From Eledone cirrhosa (Eukaryota), in contig OZ024741.1 of assembly GCA_964016885.1 (NCBI GenBank), forward strand, positions 321,532,001 through 321,596,000: DNA of 64,000 nt, read 5' to 3'. The position numbers and the translations under genes are program-made. The number at the start of each line of letters is the position of its first letter. The first letter of the stretch is position 1. Positions 1-12,202 of this stretch are shown in pieces. Below the pieces are notes generated by a model that saw only the letters and a list, made by a program, of their open reading frames with translations, searched no databases and had not been told where the DNA came from.

Positions 1-1442
<1,442 letters not shown>

Positions 1443-1631
1443 AACTCCCAATTTTTTATATGATGTCTATGACACTGACAACAGTTATGTATCTACCTAA
1501 ATGTTTTGAAGACTATGATTTTAATCACCTGTTTAAACATTCTCTATGCTCCGATGATTCGAGACAGCCCTCTGATAGAAACAAATAAATGTATTAAACT
1601 AAGATTTCATTGTTTTAATATTTTGTATATA

Positions 1632-2299
1632 TCTATATATATAAAGTTGTAGTTCCTGTATGTCTGTTTGTTTGTTTGTTTGTTCACGAACTCCTCCTAT
1701 GGTTTTGGAGATAGTCCCCCATAACCATATATATTCTGAAACTACATTGCCCAGGGTACTTGGATAAGTATATTTCATTTTAATCAAAGGGTTCCCCGGG
1801 GCACAAATCCCCGCTGAAAATGTTTTCCCTTCCATTTATATGAAATTTAAACCATAGGTAAACGATAAGTTATGATGCCTATTCACAAAATTTCAGCAAA
1901 TTTCAATAATATTAAGACACCCTAATGGGGGTTAAACCCCCCTATAAGGGTTCCCCGGGAGCACAAACCCCCACTGAAAATTGTTTCCCTTCCATTTATA
2001 TGAAATTTAAACCATAGGTAAATGACAAGATATGATGCCTATTCACAAAAGTTTTCAATTGATATTTTGAAAAAAATTATTTACAAGAAACAAAATAAGA
2101 ATAATATTTAATAATGTAATTTTGATTTGATATATTACAAAAAATAATGTTTTCCAATTTTTCATGCATTACATTTTACATTGAGTAATATTGAAATGCA
2201 GAGTTTTTTTCCGTAAATTATATCACTGATTTAAAATCACTCATCATTTTCTTACAAAAAAATGTGTGAAACTCAGCAAGGCGCGGGTAATTCGGCTAG
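1632..2299 (+). mobile_element. Non-autonomous Helitron-like element with internal ~160-bp tandem units
   Basis: Starts A|TCTATATATATAAAG...(GTTT)n and ends GCAAGGCGCGGGTAATTCGGCTAG|T (TC...CTAG between A and T, no TSD). Internal unit recurs at ~1852 and ~2012. Related copies at 16627 and 41433. Confidence 0.65.
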
Positions 2300-2302
2300 T
2301 AT

Positions 2303-5300
2303 ATCATCATCATCATCATCATCACCGTTTTACGTCCGTTCTTCCACGCTAGCATGGGTTAGACGGGTTGTCCTGTTGTGGGCAGTGTCTGGTCGGCTGA
2401 CCATGCCTTGCTCATACAGGAACTGATCTGGCTTGATTTCTACAGCTGGATGCCCTTCCTAACACCAACCTCATTTACAGTGAGTGCTGGGTGCTTTTTC
2501 GTGGCGCCTACACGTCCACTTTACAGTGTGGGCTGGGTGCTTTTTTGCCGTGGCACCTCCACGACCACCTTGCGGTGGGGGAGGGGGGGGGGGGGCATAT
2601 TGTCTATAGGCTTCAGCTTGTACCCATGGGAGGTCGGGTACTCTGTATTACTGCGTGACGCCAGAAGTCACGGTCGCGTGTCATTGTCTTTGAGAGGTGT
2701 AATTGGGTAAGGTCGGCTTTTATCACCTCATCCCAGGTCATCTTGGGTCTCCCCACTCCGCGGTTTCCATCAACTTCTAGTGCTCTGCACCTTTTTATGC
2801 AGCTGTCATCCTTCATACGCATCACATGTCCATACCAGCGCAACCGCCTCTCCTGCACACAGCATTTGATTCCTCTTATGCTCAGTCTCTCTCTCAATTC
2901 ATTTATGCTTTGTCGTTCACGTATATTACTGTTACACATCCATAGGAGCATGCAGGCTTCGTTTCTCTCTAATCTACGTAAGTCTTCCACCTTCAGCGCC
3001 CAGGTCTCACTACCATGCAACATCGCTGTTCGGATACACGCATCATACAGTCTGCCTTTCATTCTGAGGGAGAAGCCTTTTGCAGCTAGCAGTGGTAGTA
3101 TTTCCCTAAACTTCTTCCATCCCGTTCTTACCCTAGTTATTGTACTTTCTGAACACCCACCTCCGTTGCTAATTCGGTCACCTAGGTAGCAGAAGCTGTC
3201 AGGGCCCTCCCAGAGATTGGTGGTACTTGTTTCCTGTGGCTGTTTGCTGCTTGCTGTCTCAGCACAGCTGCTGCATGTGAATCCTACATTCTTAATTAAG
3301 CTTCCTGAGATCCCGCTACATCTCTTGTGTACCCATTGTTTGCATTTGGGGCAGAGAATGGAGTTCCTACCTACACCTTTCCTACATACTGAGCAAGGCC
3401 ATTTCCCTGAGGGGATCTGGGTTCTGTTTTCTCGTCTACTTACAAGGACCTTAGTCTTTGTCATGTTGACTTTGAGACCCTTTCTTTCTAGTCCCTGCTT
3501 CCAAGTTTGGAATTTATTCTCTAGTTCTACCATAGATTCAGCTATGAGTGCGAGGTCATCAGCATACAGGAGTTCCCATGGGCATCCGGTCTTAAACTCC
3601 TCCGTTATTGCCTGCAGGACATGATGAACAGGAGAGGGCTAAGAACAGAGCCCTGGTGGACCCCAACCTGTACGCTAAATTCCTCGCTATACTCATTGCC
3701 AATCCTAACTTTGCTGACTGCTCCCTTATACATGGCTTGTACCACTTTCACAAGCCATTCATCTACTCCAAGTTTTCTAAGAGCCCACCAGATTACAGCA
3801 CGTGGAACTCTGTCAAAGGCTTTCTCAAGGTCGACAAATGCCAAGTAGAGTGGCTTACTTTTAGCTAGGTACTTTTCCTGTAATTGCCTCACAAGGAAGA
3901 GGGCATCGGTGGTGCCTCTTCCTGGTACAAACCCAAATTGCATCTCGTCTATTTTCACCCGGTCCCTAATCAGCTGTGCTATAACTCTTTCTGTTACCTT
4001 CATGACCTGGTCCATCAACTTTATACCTCTATAGTTTCCTCTATCTAGTGCATCGCCTTTACCTTTGTAGCAGTTGACAATGATGCTACTGCACCAATCT
4101 TTTGGTATGGCACCTTCTAGTATTACCTGGTTAACGATACGTGTGGTTATAGTGTGACCTACAGACCCAGATGCCTTCAGCATCTCGGCAGCTATACCCG
4201 ATGGACCGGTTGCCTTCCCCATCTTCATATCTTTGATTGCCTTACTTACTACGCTGCTGCTGACTTGTACTGCTGGTCCCTCTATAGGGTCTACTTGGGG
4301 TAGGGTCTCTTCTTCCCATGCATTCTCCTCATTTAGTAATCTATCATAATGACTCTTCCATGCATCTTTCTTCTCAGCACTTGTGAGGGCAAGCTCACCT
4401 TTATCATTCCAGATACACTTCTCTCCAATGACATCACAACTATCTCTGACACACTGCCTCGCAATCTTGAATACCTCCTGTTTCTGGTCCTCACGTTGCA
4501 AAACATGCTTGAATTTTCTATCCTCTGCTTCCCTCCTAGCTAAGTATACTTGTCGCCTAGCTTCCCTCTTGGTCTCTATGTAATGTACCCTGCTCCCCCG
4601 TTCTTCCATTCTTTCCATGCCTGTCTCTTGGCCTTAACTGCTTCATCTACCTTATTGTTCCACCACCAAGTCACTCTCCTCCTGCTTGAGGTCTTACTCC
4701 AGCCACAGACCTCATCCGTCGCCTCTAGTAAATTATTTTTTAGGAACTCCCAGTTCTCTTCTACATTAAATGTCTCTATCTGTTCTTCTTTACTGTCGTA
4801 GGCGTTGAGTAAAATATCTTTAAATCTGTTACTGGTTGAGGGCACTTTCAGCTTCCAGATCTTTCTTCTCCAGGTTGGCCTCTGTTTCCGGGTTCGTCTA
4901 GTTCTAACCGTGAGGTCGCTGACAACTAAGCTATGTTGGGATGTACATTCCTCACTAGGGAAGGTTTTGTGTTTACGACCGTCCATCTGTCACGTCCTCT
5001 GATGAGGATAAAATCTAACTGACTAGAGTGTTCCCCTGATCTATAGGTGATCAGGTGGTTGTCGGGTTTTTTAAAGTTTGTGTTACATATCGACATGTCA
5101 TTGGCGTCACAGAATTCTAGAAGTCTGAATCCTTCCTCATTCCTTGTGCCAACCCCATGGCCTCCATGTCCTCTATTGAAGCCGTCGCAGTGTTTACCTA
5201 CGTGTCCGTTAAAATCTCCTGCGATGATTAGGAAGTCATTATCGTCTGTTAGAGCAATAGTGTGCATTAGGGACTCGTAAAAACTATCCTTAAGTTCGTC

Positions 5301-5328
5301 TGGCAGCCCCGATTGGGGTGCGTAAGCT
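2303..5328 (-). mobile_element. RTE-clade LINE, 5'-truncated and frameshifted (partial APE endonuclease + RT with Cys/His finger insert)
   Basis: ORF pieces 4926-5267 (GDFNGHVG, LDFIL), 4576-4986, 3605-4618 (FVDLEKAFD, GVHQGSVLSPLLF), YADD at ~3555-3566 and 2613-3533 (RRLRWYGHV). (TGA)n tail at 2303-2323. Confidence 0.93.
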
Positions 5329-5388
5329 GATATATATATATATATATATGTGTGTGTTTGTTTTGTTTTATTTGTTCATCTATATATA

Positions 5389-5466
5389 CAGGGTGTCCCA
5401 AAAAATGTGTACACACTTTGATTAGAATGCTGTTGAAGTGTGTATACATTTTTGAGAGACACCCTG
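5389..5466. mobile_element. Tc1/mariner-type MITE (~78 bp)
   Basis: TA|CAGGGTGTCCCAAAAA...TTTTTGAGAGACACCCTG|TA. Related copy at 33724. Confidence 0.75.
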
Positions 5467-7444
5467 TATAAATGTATGTGTGTGCGTGTATATAATAGAG
5501 AGATTGGTGTTGTAGGTAAGTCCATCATGGCATTGCAGTTGACCTAAGAAATCTTTGGCAGTGCCCATCTCCTATCCAAGCAGCCACCCTCATTAAGTTT
5601 AGCCTTCCAGCAGACATAGTTACCGGAGTGTCTGAAAAAAGTCTCGGAGCCAAAAGTGAGTCGGGTAAAAACCAGTGTATCTGTCATTTAAAGATATTTA
5701 AGTAACAGCTGTACTAAGAGTGGGAAATGAAATTTTGTTTCATTTTTTTCGTTTATCGTTTTCGGTGCACCCGGCCGATTAACCCACTCGATATGCAAAT
5801 TGGGCTACTCAGCCGTTAATATGCATAAGGTAAGTATATACGTTCAACAATCTGGCAGGAAGGTATACGTTGCTGACGATAGCTAATAAGCTTGAAACTA
5901 GTACAGCGTTCCTTTGTCAGTGTTGAACAAACAAACGAGCAACGATGGTTGCTAGACACTACGGCTTAATACGGGATGTTTGTTTACAAACACACCGAGC
6001 ATTATAATAAATGTTCGGTGAATCCATACGTACATATATATATGTGTGCATGTATGTATATATATATACATACTACTGTACGTCTGTATACATATATGTA
6101 TGTACGTGTACATACTTATATTTAAGTAACAGCCGTACTAAGAGTGGGAAATGAAATTTGGTTTCATTTTTTCCGATTATATATATATGTAGAAGTTCTA
6201 TTTAAATTGTTGGGATACAACAAGCAAATATTTTTATAACTGATATAAACCACTCAACAAATTATTGGAGTAAAAATACGATATATGAACAAATGGAAAC
6301 TATATTTATAAAACCATATTTATTTCATTATACATATTTTAAGGACACCAAGTCAAATTATGGTGCGCTTTCATCAGATAAAATATAATATAGATCAGTT
6401 TTATAAATAAATATTGACATACCCTTAAGAATGCATATGTATGTATATACGAGTGGAAGTTAGTAAAATCGAAGTTGCGGCGGTCGGCCAGCATCTACGA
6501 ATAAAAAAAAACAATTCGGAGCTTGCACGAAGCACTCAATAAGATATCGATAAACTGAAAACTGTAGTTAAGGGGAAAAGGCATATATATATATATGTGT
6601 GTGTGTGAGTGAGTGTATCCTTGGTTCAAACGGGGGTAGCTACAGAAAGTAAGGTACTCAATACATAGAGTATAATTTTTTAATATAGAAATCTACAGGA
6701 CTAGAACAGTCGGCTTTCCTGATGTTTTCCTTCGAATGAAACAGTTCTAGTCCTGTAGAAGCCACTTCTATATTAAATAAATATATATATATATATGTAT
6801 GGTGGATGTTTGGATAGGGAAAGGGCACCGCCAAGCATTTCTAAGGTCAACTGAAATACCATGACGTACACAAACCTACAGCAACAATCCAGCCTCTACA
6901 ACTTCGTTTTCGGAGTTGGAGATCAAATTTGTTGGAAAAGAACATTCTCACCAAAGAAAGTTCTGGGAGTGTCCTTGTTTCTCCTTTCTCCGTTTTCGGA
7001 AAAAGTCCTTTTCGGTTGAATTGGGAGTCAGAATCATTGAAACACGGAAAAAAATGTTTGTACCGAACCATAGCAGTTGCTTTACTATTAATTTACCAAA
7101 GATTCGTTTTCTCTTCGATAGAATATTTCTTTTCAATATATATATATATCTGTTACTGCTTTTTCTTTGCCTGCTTAATTGATCCGGCTGGATCCCCTAG
7201 CGAGACCAAGTTGGTTTGCCCTTAAAAATTGCCCAGCTAATCGAATCACATAATATTGGGGCTGTGATCTTTCAATTCTGAGAAATAGCGATTCTGCCTG
7301 GAGCGACTCTCTGATCTCCGAGCTACGCACTCCGTCAGAGGGACCCCAGTAATTACTCAAGATTCATGACCATAGATAAGGGTTGGCACGAATACTGAAT
7401 TGTTACATTAAATAAATTTGTTTTATCAAATTATTGATATCTTA

Positions 7445-7485
<41 letters not shown>

Positions 7486-7744
7486 CAAACGACACAGTAC
7501 AATAATGAAGAAATATATTAGTTTTTCTCCACCTTTGTTGGTGCATATAATTTCCATTATGAAGAATTCGAGTATTTTAATTTTACTTTCATTGCGTATG
7601 CCACTAAATCAAAGCAACACACAATACACATGCGCTTCAAATGTTAAAAATAAAATTTGTACGAAAAATAGAAACGAGTTATCTAGTTTCCAACCGTATT
7701 CACCAACCAAATTGTTGTTCAGAATGTTCTCATAGACTCTTCCG

Positions 7745-7875
7745 AAACATTCCTCTGGCCGCTCGCCTAACCAGGGTAACTGGTGATGCTCTTGAAGGCG
7801 CTTAGCTGTTCCAGCGCATCAGCCTCGCCATCACTCGACCTAACGCTGCGAGTGTGCTGGCTTGCTCAAAAAATA
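7745..7875 (+). mobile_element. Possible C-terminal relic of a CRE-like (RLE) non-LTR retrotransposon
   Basis: Manual translation LAARLTRVTGDALEGA*LFQRISLAITRPNAASVLA resembles the QRISxAIQRGNA C-terminal motif of such elements. Confidence 0.4.
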
Positions 7876-8130
7876 TTAGAGGTTTTCCAGTGCTCCTCGC
7901 GATATCCTTATCTTTCTATGAGGCGGATGAAACCATATGCTGACTCAACTGGCATTAATGTTGTAGCTGTGTCGCCCATATTTTAGATGTGTAAAGGTTT
8001 GATAAGTAAATGTAGTTTGTAAAAGGAGGTTGTTGATTATAAAAAAAAATAATCATGGTTTTTGTTCTATCATAATAAGATTAATATATCAATATTGTAA
8101 CATTTAAATAAATCTGTAAGAAGAAATCAA

Positions 8131-9122
8131 GGTACTACCATGCTATTAGCTGTCAGAAGTGAAAGTTTGTGGAGTTACTTAAATGAAAATATAGGTGGCC
8201 CTTAAAAGGGCCAAATTAGAAAACAAGTCATTTTCACCAACAGTGGAATTACTTCTGACAGCTAATACCATGAACTTAAATGAATTTTCACCAACAGTGG
8301 AGTTACCTATGACAGCTAATACCATGAACTATATTTTCAGTCATGGTTATCAATGTAGAAAACAAGTCATTTTCACCAAGAGTGGAGTTAACTTAAATAA
8401 AAATATAGGTGGCCCTTAAAAGGACCAAATTAGAAAACAAGTATATGGTTATCAAATTGTTTTCACCAACCCTATACATTTATGAAGAAATGTTTAGAAA
8501 ACAGAAAACAAATTTTTTTCACCAACCTTATTCAAAAGCAGATACAGTCCCCATGGAGACAATCCCCACCAATCAGCAACAACACCACGTGTAAATAAAT
8601 AAACTTTAATCTTCACTTTGTGATAATACACGCATTTTCAAGTTAAAAAATATGAATTCTACAATATACCCAAGTGTTAATGGAATTAACCATCGCTACC
8701 GCTACTACAGCAGATACCATCAATCTCCATGGGGATGTATCCATGCTTTTGAATAAGGTTGGTGAAAAAAATGTTTTCTAAACATTTCTTCATAAATGTA
8801 TTGAGTTGGTGAAAAAAAAATTGATAACCATGTTTTCTAATTTGGCCCTTTTAAGGACCACATATATTTTCGGCGATATTCAATTTTAGTGGACTAAATG
8901 CTGCTTACTTCAATGTATGAGGCTATCCCAACAAATTTACATTCCCTTTTTTTTTAGCCGTTAAAAGAAATATAGATTTATATCCATATCTTCATTTAAG
9001 TTAACTCCACTGTTAGTGAAAATGACTTGTTTTTTAATTTGGCCCTTTGAGGGGCCACCTATATTTTCATTTAAGTAACTCCACAAACTTTCACTTCTGA
9101 CAGCTAATAGTATGGTAGTGCC
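8131..9122 (+). mobile_element. Non-autonomous Merlin-like element (internal-deletion derivative) with long TIRs containing histone stem-loops
   Basis: GGTACTACCATGCTATTAGCTGTCAGAAGTGAAAG... at 8131 is inverted at ...CTGACAGCTAATAGTATGGTAGTGCC 9122 (~100-bp arms). ~8540-8725 matches the promoter/5' end of the transposase at ~40895-41110. No clear TSD. Confidence 0.8.
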
Positions 9123-9429
9123 GATAAAAGATATCTAAATTAACAAACCAACTGCCTGATTAGAAATATACTATAATAGACTCCAGACTAAATGCGTGCA
9201 TAGTTTAAAATCATTTTAATACAAAAAGAAAACAAGAAAGGATGGAATGCAAAATAAACGGAAAGGGTGATGGGGCACGGCCCCGCGGACAAGACCGCAA
9301 CAAATGTCTAACTCAAATTATATTTCGTTCAGAAATAGACATCACGAAGCTAGTTGTATCATGTTTATCATGCTTTGAAAAATCGCAATCTATAAATAAA
9401 TCAGTATAAGACAAAACGTAAGGGTTTAG

Positions 9430-9445
9430 GGTCCTGAAAAGGACC
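9430..9445 (-). terminator. Histone 3' stem-loop of H2A
   Basis: GGTCCTTTTCAGGACC on the minus strand, ~31 nt after the stop. Confidence 0.93.
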
Positions 9446-9476
9446 GTTTGTAATAAAATAAACAATTTCTATTTAT

Positions 9477-9854
9477 TTACTTGGCAGCTTTCTGGGTCTT
9501 CTTGGGGAGAAGTACAGCCTGGATGTTAGGAAGGACACCACCCTGGGCGATGGTTACTCCAGACAAAAGTTTGTTCAATTCTTCGTCATTACGGATGGCC
9601 AACTGCAAGTGACGGGGAATAATCCTGGATTTCTTGTTATCTCTGGCAGCATTTCCTGCTAACTCCAAAACTTCAGCTGCCAAATATTCCATTACAGCAG
9701 CTAAGTAGACTGGAGCGCCGGCACCAACACGTTGGGCATAGTTTCCTTTACGGAGAAGACGATGGATACGACCAACGGGGAACTGAAGTCCGGCACGAGA
9801 AGAGCGAGTCTTACTCTTTCCCTTTACTTTTCCTCCTTTACCACGTCCTGACAT
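9477..9854 (-). CDS. H2A: Histone H2A, canonical (125 aa)
   Basis: MSGRGKGGK...[21 protein letters not shown]...[20 protein letters not shown]. Intronless, with stem-loop. Confidence 0.99.
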   Translation of the reverse strand: MSGRGKGGKVKGKSKTRSSRAGLQFPVGRIHRLLRKGNYAQRVGAGAPVYLAAVMEYLAAEVLELAGNAARDNKKSRIIPRHLQLAIRNDEELNKLLSGVTIAQGGVLPNIQAVLLPKKTQKAAK

Positions 9855-10106
9855 AGTTATTAATGCGAGTAGTTCGATGTAAACAATAACTGATGGAAGA
9901 TGCTGTCTGACTTAAATACACCACAATAGGCTATCAGCAGCCGCTGAATTGGCGGGATCACGTGATTTACTGAACCATCAATTTCTACCAATGAAATTGC
10001 AAAGCGCTAAATTGTTTAGAAACTGCGCTGGTGAGCCTACCTGTCAACTATAAATATAACTGAATGTATATGTTCCAGTATCAATTGATAATAACTGCTA
10101 TCTGTT
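9855..10106. promoter_or_regulatory. Bidirectional H2A/H2B promoter
   Basis: ~250-bp divergent spacer with TATAAATA (~10049), CCAAT (~9988) and CACGTG (~9959). Confidence 0.75.
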
Positions 10107-10481
10107 ATGCCGCCAGCACCAGCAGCACCCTCGAAGGGAGCAAAGAAGGCCGCCAAGGCTAAACCTCCACGTACTGGAGATAAGAAAAAGAAGAGGAAGA
10201 GGAAGGAAAGCTACTCCATCTACATCTACAAAGTGATGAAACAAGTTCATCCTGACACTGGTATCTCCAGCAAAGCTATGTCTATCATGAACAGTTTTGT
10301 TAACGATCTGTTCGAAAGAATAGCTAATGAGTCTAGCCGTTTGGCTCACTACAACAAGCGTTCGACCATCAGTAGCCGTGAGGTACAGACTGCTGTCCGA
10401 CTTCTCCTTCCCGGTGAATTGGCCAAACACGCCGTATCTGAGGGTACCAAGGCTGTCACCAAGTACACCAGCAGCAAGTAG
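10107..10481 (+). CDS. H2B: Histone H2B, canonical (124 aa)
   Basis: [30 protein letters not shown]...[16 protein letters not shown]. Intronless, with stem-loop. Confidence 0.99.
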   Translation: MPPAPAAPSKGAKKAAKAKPPRTGDKKKKRKRKESYSIYIYKVMKQVHPDTGISSKAMSIMNSFVNDLFERIANESSRLAHYNKRSTISSREVQTAVRLLLPGELAKHAVSEGTKAVTKYTSSK

Positions 10482-10510
10482 AAAGTTACTACTATAATTT
10501 TCAAAACAAC

Positions 10511-10526
10511 GGCCCTTTTAAGGGCC
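10511..10526 (+). terminator. Histone 3' stem-loop of H2B
   Basis: GGCCCTTTTAAGGGCC, ~30 nt after the stop. Confidence 0.93.
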
Positions 10527-10944
10527 TGCAATATTTTTCTAAAGTTTTCTCTCCGGAATATTAGTTATGCTATTAATTTTCAAATGTTATCGTTTCTATC
10601 AAGTCTTGTTATTGCTTTCTTTTTAATATAAATTTATGGATTTACACCAATCTCGCGTTCGATGGCATTTTTTTAATTTCGTATTTAAACCTAACCCATC
10701 GAATCACGTGATTTTAGAAAACAAGGCTTTTGGACTCCCGGTGTTTTTTTTTTTTTTTTCGACGAATCTGGCTCGAACCCATCGGAAATTATTCGTCTCT
10801 AAATATTTCGGGTATGGTCACTTTGAAGTGTCAACATTCTAGGAAGATAGTTGATATCAAATCGATGAAGGGATGCTGTGCTGGAGACACGTCCATCCAA
10901 TGCAAGCAAGTAAAATGTCTAGATACTTGGTAATTATTAGTATG

Positions 10945-11260
10945 GGCACTACAACGTTATTAGCTGTCAGTCCAGTGGAAAAACAGGCGAAGGTGACGTC
11001 ACTCGTCAACATCGTTTATTTCCGTATTACTACCACGCGTAAGTGGAGTTTTCACGCGTTTTTTTGAGAGAGGGAAGACAAAAGGGCCAAATTAGAAAAG
11101 TCATGATTATAAAGCATATCGATGTAAGTGGAGTTACTTAAATGAAAATATAGGTGGCCCTTAAAAGGGCCAAATTAGAAAACAAGTCATTCATAAATTT
11201 AAGTTTTATAATCAAATTTTTTTCACCAACAAATATGACAGCTAATAGCGTTGTAGTGCC
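10945..11260. mobile_element. Merlin-like MITE (~316 bp) carrying a histone stem-loop
   Basis: TIRs GGCACTACAACGTTATTAGCTGTCA / TGACAGCTAATAGCGTTGTAGTGCC. Interior matches 39784-40030. Stem-loop at 11156-11171 (minus). Confidence 0.82.
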
Positions 11261-11295
11261 CGCAATTGTATCTTTACGTCTATTGCGCATAGATA

Positions 11296-11400
11296 CGAGG
11301 GTTGACAAAGATACTCTCATGGAATGTGACCAAATGAGGTTTATTTTTCAACATAGTCTCCCTTGCGTTCCACACACTTCTTCCATCGGTGTTGCAGTAC
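11296..11400 (-). mobile_element. Mariner transposon 3' fragment
   Basis: Minus-strand translation LQHRWKKCVERKGDYVEK* is the typical mariner transposase C-terminus. TA-CGAGGG TIR-like end at 11294. Confidence 0.65.
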
Positions 11401-12202
11401 TGAGATCAATGTTGTCCTCGGTAGTGGCAGTTGTAGGACGTCCAGACATTGGGTCATCTTCAAGAATCCCCTATCCTTTCCTAAATTCGGCTGCCCACTT
11501 TTGCACAAAGGAAAATTGTGGTACAATATTGTAAGGTCTGCTTATAGCATTATCCATCTTTCAAAAATGAAGGTCCACATTTCGTCGACTTCAATACATT
11601 TTATTACATTTTATTGTATTGTAAACATTAACTTTTATGGAAATTTTATTACAAAATTTCAATTTAGTTCGATTTTTGTGGAATTTATTTAACAAACATG
11701 GAAAAATAAGAAAAAGAATTTTTAAAAAAATAAGATAGAGTGGAACTGATTTCCAGGTCATACTAATGAAACAAGGTTTTTTTCCATTACTGATATTATC
11801 TGTCTGCTGCAAGTCCTGGTAGAAGATGCTACACGAATTAAAGTATTTTACTGAAGGATGCAACATGCTGCAGGATCGAAGAAACGAGCCCATGACTTTA
11901 TAATGGTTAGTCCAGTACCGTAATCCCTAAGGCATGTGCCTTCACAGAGGAAAGGTAAATCATATTATAACAGATTAGATGGGTACTATGTTAGATATTA
12001 CTATGTGTCATATTATACCAAAGAGGAAGTGTGCCGTATAATAAACATTGATATCAGGTTGATTCAAAAACTACCCGGTCCCAAATATGAACCCATGGTC
12101 GTCAGTCAAACACTTTAACCATTGTATGTATGTATGTATGTATACACATATGGGTGTGTGCATACATGTATGTATGTATATATGTAAGTATGTATGCGTA
12201 CA

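Noticed and set aside
2743-5280. Plus-strand ORFs over the RTE element, and antisense ORFs over histones and the Penelope element
   Set aside because: They are shadow frames of the real coding strand.
8195-8594. MALKRAKLENK small ORFs (also 11154 and 37137)
   Set aside because: They are the antisense reading of the histone stem-loop sequence, not proteins.
8197-9056. Extra stem-loops as markers of histone pseudogenes
   Set aside because: No histone coding sequence precedes them, and they lie inside Merlin terminal repeats.
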